Source: Eledone cirrhosa
Taxonomy: Eukaryota
Reading direction: 5' to 3'
DNA length: 64,000 nucleotides
Assembly: GCA_964016885.1 (NCBI GenBank)
Contig: OZ024741.1
Location: 234,608,001-234,672,000, forward strand
This document shows, piece after piece, positions 1-10,245 of this stretch (within the stretch, counting starts at the first letter, position 1; each line of letters opens with the position of its first letter). Both the position numbers and the translations under genes were made by a program. The notes beneath the pieces were generated by a model that did not search any database, was not told the DNA's origin, and was given only the letters and a program-made list of their open reading frames with translations.

Positions 1-526
1 TGGCTTATTCTTCTCTAAGAACCTCTCTTGTAATTGTCTCACCAAGAAGAGGGCATCTGTTGTACTTTTCCCAGTCACAAAACCAAACTGCATCTCATCT
101 AGTTTGACCCTTTCTCTAATTAGTTGTGCTAATATCCTTTCTGCCACTTTCATAACCTGATCCATCAGTTTTATACTCCTATAATTGCTCCTCTCCAGAG
201 CATCCCCTTTACCTTTGTAGCAATTTATGAGAATACTGCTGCACCAGTCTTTGGGTATGACACCGCCATATATAGCCTGATTGATGATGCATGCAACCAG
301 TTTAGTGCCTATGTCCCCTGATGCCCTCAGCATCTCAGCAACATTCCCCGAAAGTCCAGCAGCCTTACCACTTTTCATTTCCTTAATCGCCTCTTGGACC
401 CTATATTCGTCAATCTCAATAGCTGGTCCCTCTGTCGGATCTACTGAGGGTAATTTCTCTCTCCCATTCGTTCTCCACATTCATCAGTCTCTCATAATGA
501 TATTTCCAGGCCTCCTTTTTCTGATT
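1..526 (-). mobile_element. RTE-clade LINE fragment (RT N-terminal region), 5'-truncated, continues beyond the window start
   Basis: Reverse complement closely matches 15663-16189 of the + strand LINE (for example tggcttattcttctctaagaacctctcttg). It keeps the KLMDQVMKVAE segment that is frameshifted at ~16025 in the other copy. Confidence 0.92.
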
Positions 527-1847
527 AACCATAACCACATATATTCTGAAACTACATTTCCCAGGGTACTTGGATAAGTATATTTCATTTTAATCGAAGG
601 GTTCCCCGCGGGCACAAAACCTCCGGTGAAAATGTTTTTCCTTCGATTTATATGAAATTTAAAGGTAAATGACAAGATATGACGCCTATTCACAAAATTT
701 CAGCAAATTTCAATGATACTAAGACACCCTAATGGGGGTTAAACCTCCTTTAGTGAAAACTAGCCGAATTACCCGTGCCATGCTGTGTTTCATACATTTT
801 TTTTTTGTAAGAAAATGATGATTGATTTTAAATCAGTGATATAATTTATGGAGAAAAACTCTGCATTTCAATATTACTCAATGTAAAATGTAATGCATGA
901 AAAATTGGAAAACATTATTTTTTGTAATATATCAAATCAAAATTACATTATTAAATCTTATTCTTATTTTGTTTCTTGTAAATCATTTTTTTCAAAATAT
1001 CAATTCAAAACTTTTGTGAATAGGCATCATATCCTGTCATTTACCTATGGTTTAAATTTCATATAAATCGAAGGGAAAACATTTTTAGCGGAGGTTTGTG
1101 CCCTCGGGGAACCCTAGGAACGATCGACTTTCGTCAAATCGGACCGAGGAAACAATGTTTCCGTTGGTCTTTCTAATTGCTAATACTATCTATCGGTTGC
1201 AACTCCAGGTAGAAGGAGCAACGTGAAATAAAGTGTCTTGCTCAAGGACATAACGCATCGCTTGGTCCAGGAATCGAACTCACGACCTCACGATTGCGAA
1301 TCCAATTCTCTAACCACTCAGCCACACGCCTTCATAGGGTTTAACCCCCATTAGGGTGTCTTACTATTATTGAAATTTGCTGAAATTTTGTGAATAGGCA
1401 TCATATCTTGTCATTTACCCATGGTTTAAATTTCATATAAATCGAAGGGGAAAACTTTCAGCGGGGGTTTTTGGCCAATAAATGGAACAAGATTTCACAA
1501 ACTCCTTCTATGGTTTTGGAGATAGACCCCACCCTCCCCCATAACCATATATATTCTGAAACTATATTGCCCAGGGTACTTGGATAAGTATATTTCATTT
1601 TAATCAAAGGGTTCCCTGGGGGTAATGGGTTCCCTGCTGAAAATGTTTTCCCTTTGATAATGTAATTTTGATTTGATATATTACAAAAAATAATGTTTTC
1701 CAATTTTTCATGCATTACATTTTACATTGTGTAATATTGAAATGCAGAGTTTTTCTCCATAAATTATATCACTGATTTAAAATCAATCATCATTTTTTTA
1801 CAAAAAAAAATGTGTGAAACACAGCAAGGCACGGGTGATTCGGCCAG
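527..1847. mobile_element. Rearranged non-autonomous Helitron-like / fold-back element complex
   Basis: 760-950 and ~1658-1847 are inverted copies ending in a Helitron-like 3' end (gcacgggtaattcggCTAG|T on - at 760; gcacgggtgattcggccag|t on + at 1847). 597-745 recurs inverted at ~1010-1115 and ~1336-1470. 531-606 recurs directly at ~1541-1616. Confidence 0.6.
1200..1335 (-). mobile_element. tRNA-derived CORE-type SINE, 5' part
   Basis: The minus strand reads tgaaggcgtgTGGCTGAGTGGttag...GAGTTCGATTCCtgg (Pol III A and B boxes), followed by the CORE-like tgtccttgagcaagacactttatt. Confidence 0.85.
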
Positions 1848-2839
1848 TTCATATATAAACCTAAATAAGACTGTCAATCATTTTAATTTGAAAATAAACA
1901 AATCTACCCCAATCCAAAGTTGCCACGAACACAAATAAAATGCAATAACAGGTGATATATATTTATGCCAGAGGCCTGTCAATGGGGAACTCATTCCACA
2001 TGGTATCAAGGTATGACATATATGTATGTAATTAAGGCTGTCAATTGCCGAAACGTCAATGTAAATACATCTAGAATAAACCAATTCTATCTACAAATTC
2101 TAACAAATGTAGCCCCCATTAACCCACTAACTATAAGTAACATTGAGGTTAACTTTGCCTTTTATCCTTTATGAGTTGATCAAAATGTCCCAGTCAAGTA
2201 CTGGGTTGATCTCATTTTCACTCCCTTTCTTTTAGTCTCTCTTTCTCCTTCTCTGAGAGAAATCAGCCGTGTTCAGATCTGGAGAGGAGGTGGGCTCTAG
2301 ACATTGTATGTCACAATGGTATCCATATGATTCCATCAGAAGTTACAGGTCAATACATATAATTTACATTCTCTTTCTTTGGCTTTATGATGTTTGGGGT
2401 TCATTATCTGATATCTTCAATCCAGAGCAAGGTTCAATAGATAAATTGTATGTGGTTTTTCAGGCCTGATTTCTTTTGATAAAAAAAAAACTGACTTATC
2501 TTCAAATATAATCAATATATATAATGTATTCAAGTGAAATGCAGATTTATTTGTGAAAATTTGCAATAATAGAGTAAAGACTTCAATTTTTAATGTGATG
2601 CAATCATAGTGCTGTCTTGTACTTTTTAAGACTGTCTGTTTTAATATATTTTCTGCTAAACTATTACAGGATGTTATGAGTTAAGCCCTAAATGGATTTC
2701 TTAGATGAAACGACTTAACAACAAATACCTACAAGCCCTTTCACAAACCAGACTAGAAACTTAAATATATAGATAAAATTATTGTGCCATCCTCCACCCT
2801 CCTTAGTCTTTAGGAACTTTATCCCCAAGAAACTCTAAG

Positions 2840-3130
2840 CTGACTTCCTATAAAGTCATGAGGCAGCCCCTACTACAATAGGAGCCTAATTTCCAGAAAT
2901 CTCTAATCCATATTCCTTTAAATTCATTAAACAGCCTTTACTACAATAGGACCCTAATCAGCTTAGATATCTATCTTCCTATAAGGATCCTAATCCCTTG
3001 AAATCTCTAATCTGTCTTCCTATAAAATCATAAGGCAGCCCCTACTACAATAGGACCCTAATCTCCAAGAATCTCCAATCTATCTTCCTCTAAAGTCATG
3101 AAAGGTTCCCTACTACAACGGGACCCTAAG
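2840..3130. repeat. Degenerate ~60-bp minisatellite, about 4-5 units
   Basis: Recurrent cctataaagtcat...cccctactacaataggaccctaat...atctctaatc. Confidence 0.8.
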
Positions 3131-3169
3131 AAATAGTTGTTTTACATACAAAATTTATTACACAAAAAA

Positions 3170-3700
3170 ACAAGGAACAGATCCAAAAATGTCATCTGGT
3201 TGCTCCCTCCCCCTTTTAATTAATCATTAAGACATACAAAGGTAAATAATTCTTTGATTTTATGGATAGGCATTTTCTATCACAACACTAATACAATAAA
3301 ATCTTCAGTAGAAGTTCTGTTAAGATAAGTTACTTCTTGTATAGAATCTAACTCCAAGGCACAGGAATTCCCAAGATGTTTAGGCAGAAAGAAGGATCAA
3401 TGCCTGTTAAACCTGGTATGTAACATTATATCAATTGTAAAGGAGGATGACGTCACCTAAACCATGCCAAATCAATCAGTAGAAAACAAAAATGCTATAT
3501 TGGCTTACTAGGTAATTTTAAACAGAGGTACTATTTTCATATTTCATCCTTCAAATATACAGATGAGAGAACATCCACGGTTTTAGCAAACCATGTATAG
3601 GCCTTAAAAGACAAGAGACAATACTATAATATCAAATAAATCACATTTTCAGACATGCTGTGACTTTAACTTCAATTAAGTCATAATCAATATGATAAAT
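3170..3700 (+). pseudogene. Decayed Penelope-like element C-terminus including GIY-YIG endonuclease
   Basis: Broken frames give KNVIW..PP, NKIFSRSSVKISY, RKKDQCLLN, CYIGL, FKQRYYFHISSFK and STVLANHV*ALK. These are typical Penelope-like linker and GIY-YIG motifs, with many stops and frameshifts. Confidence 0.72.
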
Positions 3701-4397
3701 CAATGATAACCTGACCAAATGTAATATTATATCATTGAATGTCTTTCTTGATGTATTCTGTAAAATAGTGCGTGTATGTGTGATGTGTGTATGTACAAGT
3801 AAGGAACAGCTTTTCCTTCAAGTTTCTATATCAAAAGCATGACTATGTTCAATTTTGATCTTTTATATTAAGGATTTTTCATATTTCATTATTACTTCTG
3901 CATATTAAGTTTGGGACAATAGTTTTCCTAAATCCATATCTATTAATGTTTCAAGACATTTTCACCTTCATCATCAACATATTATCATGCACTGTATAGT
4001 ATTTAAATGACTAAAACCTTTGATGGCAGTACCCAAGTCCAATGTCTGACACCAGCAGAAAAAAAATGTGTGTGTGTGTGTGGTGTGAACACTGTCTAAT
4101 GATCCTGCAACATACACATAGGAGAAACTCCAGAATAAAAGACTACTGACTCAACTGTTACAAACTATTAATCTCTACTATGGTATTGAATATTTATTCC
4201 CATGTTCACCAATGCCAAACAAATATAGCTTCCCATCTGTGCTGAAAAATGATTGGCATTAGCCATGTAAACCAGGTCAAAAATGGAACAGATAAGCAAG
4301 ATGGGGTCATCTGATCGGTCTAGTCTCAACGTGACAACAAGTCTAAGCCATGTAAGCATGGAAAATAGACATTAAACAGTGATTATATATATATATA

Positions 4398-5523
4398 CTA
4401 GCAGTGTATCCCGGCGTTGCACGGATAAGAACATTGGTAATAGCACCTCCAATGAGAAACGTTTATTTGTGAGTGCCTGTTAAAAACTCACGAACTGGAC
4501 ATGCTCACCGACATCCAGAGTTGACACTGCATTCAGTGCTCCTGTGGGAGCCCCTGCATGGACACACTGGAAGAGGAAGACCAAAGTTAACATATGTTGA
4601 TGCTCTAAGGACAGACACTGGTCTGTTGGAGACGCAGGACATGGCAGCAATAATGAGGGACAGAGACCGCTGGAGAGAACTCGTCCCCATGGATCTCGGG
4701 AAATTTACCCGCCCTAGATAGATAGATATATTTTTATGTGTATATTTATATATAAGTATATGTGTATATATATATGTGTATATGTGTTTGTCTATCTATG
4801 TATATATGTATATATATATATATATATATGTATATATCAAGTAAGAGTATTTTCGAAACAGCGAGCGGGTTTGAAATTATTATAAATGTAAGCTATTTTG
4901 ACTAAAGAAATTAAAGAAATTATTTAGTCCGATAGTGAGGTTAAGAACCCTCGGAGAAATGGAAAAAGATGAGTATTGACGTACATACTCAACAATACTC
5001 ATCTTTTTCCACTTCTCTGTGGGTTCTTAACCCCACTATCAGGCTAAATAATTTCTTTAATTTCTTTAGTCAAAATACGGCGATAGCTTACATTTATATA
5101 TATATATGCGTATGTATGTATATGTGTATATATGTGTGTGTATATGTATATATGTGTATATATATATGTATATATATATATATATGTATGTATATGTATA
5201 TGTATATATATGTATATATGTGTGTGTGTGTGAATGTGGCGAAGATAATACGTCAGCAATGACGTGTTGGTCATAATGCCGTTATGCAGCCAGCCAGGCA
5301 TACAGACAGATATTATAAGAGCACGACGGAGATCGATAACCGGCGCCTAACACCCCTTTAACAACAGAAAATTGAAAAATAAAAGCTGCAGTTAATATCT
5401 TTAGACCGCAAGGAATATATAAATGCAAGTTTGAAGTCAATCGGAGTAGAAATGTGGATTTGTATAGACTTTGCAAAAATGAGGACACACACACACAGAC
5501 AACTACAGTTTTATATATATAGA
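4398..5523 (-). mobile_element. Non-autonomous Helitron with captured or nested sequences
   Basis: The minus strand begins A|TCTATATATATAAAACTGTAGTTGTCTGTGTG at 5523. It ends with the hairpin ccgtgcaacgccgg ...CTAG|T at 4398. Both termini and the A/T insertion site are canonical. Confidence 0.7.
4490..4730 (+). mobile_element. 3' end of an RTE-group LINE with a (GATA)n tail
   Basis: The ORF segment GHAHRHPE...LLWEPLHGHTGRGRPKLTYVDAL...MRDRDRW is a typical RTE-group C-terminus. It is followed by tagatagatagata. Confidence 0.8.
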
Positions 5524-5586
5524 TATATATAATAAGAATAAATGCAAAGGTCTAATGTAGATGTTCAAAATTCTTTTATTCATAAA

Positions 5587-5667
5587 GCTGTGATACATAT
5601 TTCAATGGCAGTCATGGCTACATAATGCTTCAATGATGCAACCAATAACGCTACATCATCGGACAGC
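5587..5667 (-). ncRNA. Degenerate type I hammerhead-ribozyme-like motif
   Basis: Minus strand: GCTGT-CCGATGA-(52 nt)-GAAA-TATGTA-TC-ACAGC. Helix I GCTGT/ACAGC is perfect, the core has U4C and helix II is poorly formed. Confidence 0.45.
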
Positions 5668-6149
5668 ATCTTCTGCAATACGGTTATGTTTCCAGTGCAA
5701 TACAAACTAAAAACAAGGAAACATGTTGCAGATGTGTGTAAAAAACAAATATCAAGACAAGGATTATAATCAAAACTTACAACTGTTTCTCTAGAGTAAC
5801 CAGGAATGAAAGTTCATTCTTGGAAGAATACCTCATCAGAGTCCAATTTAATCATATATATATATATATGTATATTTAATAGAAAGGACTTCTATGGGAC
5901 TAGAATTGTTTCATTTGAAAAAAATCATCAGAAAAGTAACTTTCTGATGTTAGTTCTACAAAATAATTATCCCTGTACTCTACTAACATATTGAGTACCC
6001 TATTGAGTACTCCTGATATATGCCAGGAATTCACCTATATATATATATATAAAAGTAAGCAGGATCCTCTTCTTCTTCTCCCCCCCTCCTTCTTCTTCTC
6101 CCCCCCCCATCCTTCTTCTCGCCCCTCCTCCTCCTCCTTCACCCACTTA

Positions 6150-6680
6150 TTCTTGAGAGAGTCATGGAGGAAGAGTTCTCAAATACTCCTTCTAGTATGT
6201 CCTGTCAGAAGCAACTGTCTCCAATTGATTCAGCTGGATCCCCAAACGAGACCAGCCAAGCTGTGATCTCTCAATTCAAAGAAGTAGCAGCTCTACCTGG
6301 AGTAATTCTCTGATCTCCGAGCTAGGCACTTTATTAAGTACCGTTAGTCAAAAGACCCTTCAGAGGAACCCCATTTCAGCCGTTTGTTTTCTTTCAGTCA
6401 AAGATTCATGACCATAGGTAGGGGTTGGCACAAATACCGAATTGAAAATAGTAAGTTTGATTTTTTACACCTACCTCCCTTCTTCTGATTACTGAATGTT
6501 GAAGCTGGCTCAATCCTTGCACTTAATTCAGCCTCTTGTCTTCCATCACTCATGAACACAGCCCCAAGCTACTTGAACTTCTCTACCTGCTTCAGTGGAA
6601 CTCCATTCACATGTAGAGTGCCCTGTGCAGGCTTCCTTGAGAGGACAAGTGTCTCAGTTTTTGCAGCACTGATTTTCAAT
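6150..6680 (-). mobile_element. Decayed RTE-group LINE fragment (RT C-terminal part)
   Basis: Similar to 44922-45265. Minus-strand frames give LKISAAKTETLVLSRKP, VEKFK*LG and FVPTPTYGHESL. Confidence 0.78.
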
Positions 6681-6748
6681 ATTGATCAGGTAAGAATAAA
6701 TTATAATGACCAGGACCCGACTCTTCTTCAACATCTCATCAGATATGC
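6674..6748 (-). ncRNA. Truncated hammerhead-like core fused to a LINE fragment
   Basis: Minus strand: CTGATGA-GATGTTGA-(loop)-TCAATATT-GAAA, with an 8-bp helix II including G-U pairs. Helix III and the 3' strand of helix I are replaced by LINE sequence. Confidence 0.4.
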
Positions 6749-6974
6749 GAATTTATATCTGCATAGACATTCAAACCTACAGCCGCCTTAACTCTGGAGT
6801 ACAACCCCACAAGATGGACTCTGAAACACCATCAAACTGCCTGTAACTGTAATTAACCTAACACACATACATACAGGCAGTGTCTGAAGCTGAAGCATAT
6901 ATATAGTATGTACCACCCCACCTTCTCCCATACATCTCCCATGAGGACAATCTGAAATATACATCCAGTGAAGC

Positions 6975-7282
6975 CTCCACACTGTAAAGTGGTCATGATG
7001 GTGACACAACAAAAATTGTCCAGCTCACACTGTAAAGTGGTTGTGATGGTGACATTCCAAAAAGCGCCCAGCCCACACTGTAAAGAGGTCCTGCAGGTGT
7101 CATGACAAAAAGCACCCAGTTCATACTATAAAGTGGTTGTGTAGGTGGCACGGCAAAAAGCACCCAGTACTCACTGTAAAAGAGGTTGGCACTATCCAGC
7201 TGTAGAAACCAATCCACAACAGGATAACTCATCTAACCCATGCCAGAATGGAAAAAATTGATGTTAAATGGTGATGATGATA
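6975..7282 (+). mobile_element. RTE-tail SINE remnant with an internal tandem ~48-bp repeat
   Basis: Repeated cacccag..cacactgtaaagtggt units, then tccagctgtagaaacc...ggaaaaaattgatgttaaatggtgatgatga, the tail shared with the RTE LINE and SINE family. Confidence 0.7.
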
Positions 7283-7804
7283 TATATGTGCCAAGAGTTT
7301 CCAAAGAATAAATCAAGAAAAAATAGCGTTCTGTGTAATGTACAGAGCCAAAATGTATTATATAAGTAAGATCTCAACACAAATGCATGCTATCTAAGAT
7401 TTTAAACTTCAACCAGAATATCTATGTCCTATGCTGATTGAAGCTTGAAAACTTAGGTAGCATGCATTTGTGTTGAGATCAATATCATATAATATAATTG
7501 TTTCTACTTTTGGCACAAGGCCAGCAATTATCTCAGTGCATTACTGGTACTTATAATATATATTATGTATATATATATATGGCCTCAGCTGGATGGCTGG
7601 ACCAGGTAAAAGGTAAAAGAATATATATATATATATATATATATTTATTAAAATAACAGATTAAAGTTTAAGCAAAGAATCGCTGCTTTCACCCTTAACG
7701 GGATCTTCTGAAACTAACAAAGTCAATCTGTAAACGCAGAAGTGAATATTTAAAAAAACGTTGCAATCGGAGGAAGACAGGAAGACGATACTTTGGTTCG
7801 TGGA

Positions 7805-8070
7805 AACGTTCCCTGGCAAAGAACGGGAAAAAACGAATATAATACGTCATTATTTGGAACGGTGAAAAACAATTACACGCAAAGACAGAACCACGTTTAT
7901 GGTATAAAAGAAGTCGTAGACTAATATTCTCTAAGGTGGTTCATAGAGACGTTCTCTGGCAATGAACGGAAAAAACGAAGATAATACGTCATATGTGGAG
8001 CGTGGAGAACAATTGCACGCAAAGACAAAACCACGTAAATGGTATAACTGAAGTCGTAGACTAAAATTCT
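7805..8070. repeat. Direct tandem duplication, ~144-bp period, 2 copies
   Basis: acgttccctggcaaagaacgg...gaagtcgtagactaa occurs at ~7805-7925 and again at ~7949-8065. Confidence 0.85.
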
Positions 8071-8880
8071 AACTAGGAAACCGAATGATTCTCCGCTTCA
8101 GAGTTAAGAATAAAGTAAATAAAATACAGAGGTAATTCAAATTAAATAAATACATACACGCATCCAAATACGTACATACACAAGCATACGAGAAAACACT
8201 CGCCACAGGTATATAAATACACGCACATATAAATGTGTGTGTGTGTGTGTGTGCGTGTATATATACGTTTATTTAATTATTTGTATACACGCACACACAC
8301 ACATGTTGGATTAAAGAACAACAAGCTGTAATAATCTAACCTAATATATCAAGCATCCAATACTGAATCATCGTTGATTATGTGAAGGACATATAATCTA
8401 TATATTATGTTTCCTGGATTGTGAAAATGGTGGTGTATACGAAAACCATAACATTATTTTGCTTCTCATTTTTAATATTTCTCTGCACTCAAGCTTCTTT
8501 ATCATACATAAAAAAAATACTTTACCAATACAACCCCCATAATACTCTTGATTGCCCGCTTAAAGTGCTTGTATTGCATATAACACCTTGCCGCACAATA
8601 ATCTTATATAAATAAGACACGTACATGCCCCACGTGTAACTATTGCATACACTAACTACTTCAAACTATCCTCTTGCATTATCTTCATAAACTGCTGATG
8701 TTGTATTTTAACTTTAATTTTGTTTTAATTTTCTTTTAATATGATTTTAATTTTTGAATGTAAATTGCCATGCTAAAATATGATAATGGATGTCACCCCA
8801 CTGTGCATCAATATATTCATATGTTTCTGTATGTCTCTTGTGTTGGAAAGGAGGTCATGTATGTAAACAATCATTGAAAA

Positions 8881-8932
8881 ATTGCTCCGAAGACTCCAAA
8901 CCTCGGTTTGGACGAAACAATTGTAAGCTAAT
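8881..8932 (+). ncRNA. Type I hammerhead-ribozyme-like motif with palindromic helix III
   Basis: attGCT-CCGAAGA-c-TCCAAACC-tc-GGTTTGGA-c-GAAA-CAATTG-TA-AGCtaat. Helix II is a perfect inverted repeat, helix III is the palindrome CAATTG, the cleavage triplet is GUA, and the core has U4C. Confidence 0.68.
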
Positions 8933-9142
8933 AAATGGTTTGAACAGAACTTTGATTCATGTAATTTCTATATAACTGCTCCGTAGAACAACTGATGTTA
9001 TTACATTGAGCTATTTATCTTACTGGTAATAAGGTAGTAATAAATTACTGTCTTTCACTGTTTAGGGTTTAAAATATATATAACTATAAAAAGTTTTAGT
9101 ATATACATAACCATAAATAGTATCCTTAATACTACATATGTA

Positions 9143-9190
<48 letters not shown>

Positions 9191-9199
9191 TATATATAT

Positions 9200-9476
9200 A
9201 AGTTCAATTCTCAGACCGGGTGATGTGTTGTTCCCTTGAGCAAGACACTTTATTTCACATTGCTCCAGTTTACTCAGCTGTAGAAATGAGATGATAGGGA
9301 CTGGGGTCCCTATCATTCCACTGCAAAGATAGAGGTGCCAACGACAAAAAAGCACCCACCATTCACTGTAAATAAGGTTTGTGTTAGGAAGGACATCCAG
9401 CTGTAGAAATCAAGCCAGAATCAGTTCCTGTCCCACCCTTGCAAGCAGGGAAAAAGCGGACATAAATAAATAAATA

Positions 9477-9478
<2 letters not shown>
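9200..9478 (+). mobile_element. CORE-type SINE with RTE-derived 3' tail (5'-truncated)
   Basis: B-box remnant agttcaattctc, CORE-like ccttgagcaagacacttt, internal hairpin atgatagggac-tggg-gtccctatcat, and tail gggaaaaagcggacataaa. Confidence 0.88.
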
Positions 9479-9551
<73 letters not shown>

Positions 9552-9598
9552 GATGTAAATAAGAAAGTTATGAAAATTGACTTACTTACTAAAATTTC

Positions 9599-9679
9599 AC
9601 TCCAACTAATTAGTTTATGTAAGGGGATAGATATAGTTACGTAATATAACTATAGAGAAGCCTTACGTCATCAGGGAGT
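9599..9679 (-). ncRNA. Type I hammerhead-ribozyme-like motif (probably inactivated)
   Basis: Minus strand: ACTCC-CTGATGA-c-GTAAGG-(nested hairpin)-CCTTAC-a-TAAA-CTAATTAG-TT-GGAGT. Helices I, II and the palindromic III all pair. G12 of GAAA is changed to T. Confidence 0.68.
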
Positions 9680-9726
9680 CTATTCTCAGCTAAGCTTATA
9701 TATATATATACGCTTATATATATATA

Positions 9727-10010
9727 CCCACCCTACCTAACCCATCATCATTACCCACCCAGAAAAGCTTGTAACTACAATGTTTGCCTGCGATTAGTCT
9801 TGCAGAGGCACCTCTCCATCTCACCTCTTGCAGATAGCACACATCCACATGCCTTCTCTCCAGATCTTCCTGTTAGAGTGCCAACATTAAGTGTCGTTTT
9901 TTTTCCTGTAGTGTGACTGCCTGATGACGGTCGTGGGGTTCTCACACATGGCCTCACTAGCCACTCCACTACCGTGCGCAGCCCTAATATGGTTAGTGTT
10001 ATTGCTGTTG
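9727..10010 (-). mobile_element. Inverted copy of the 5' region of the RTE LINE
   Basis: Reverse complement matches ~14300-14605 (TLNVGTLTGRSGE, VQEVRWRG region). Confidence 0.9.
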
Positions 10011-10127
10011 ACGCACAATGCCAGCAATTATCTCAGTGCATTTCTGGTACTTATAATATAATATATATTATGTATATATATATATATGGCCTCAGCCGGA
10101 TGGCTGGAACAGGTAAAAGGTAAAAGA

Positions 10128-10190
<63 letters not shown>

Positions 10191-10195
10191 AATAT

Positions 10196-10242
<47 letters not shown>

Positions 10243-10245
<3 letters not shown>

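Noticed and set aside
1255-1335. tRNA-like sequences here and at ~14010-14082 and ~26920-26990
   Set aside because: They have A and B boxes but no complete cloverleaf, and run directly into SINE bodies. They are SINE heads, not tRNA genes.
7670-7715. Minus-strand CAGAAGA-tccc-gttaa-ggg-t-GAAA hammerhead-like motif
   Set aside because: The core is altered and there is no convincing helix I, helix III or NUH. It may be a decayed copy but cannot be supported.
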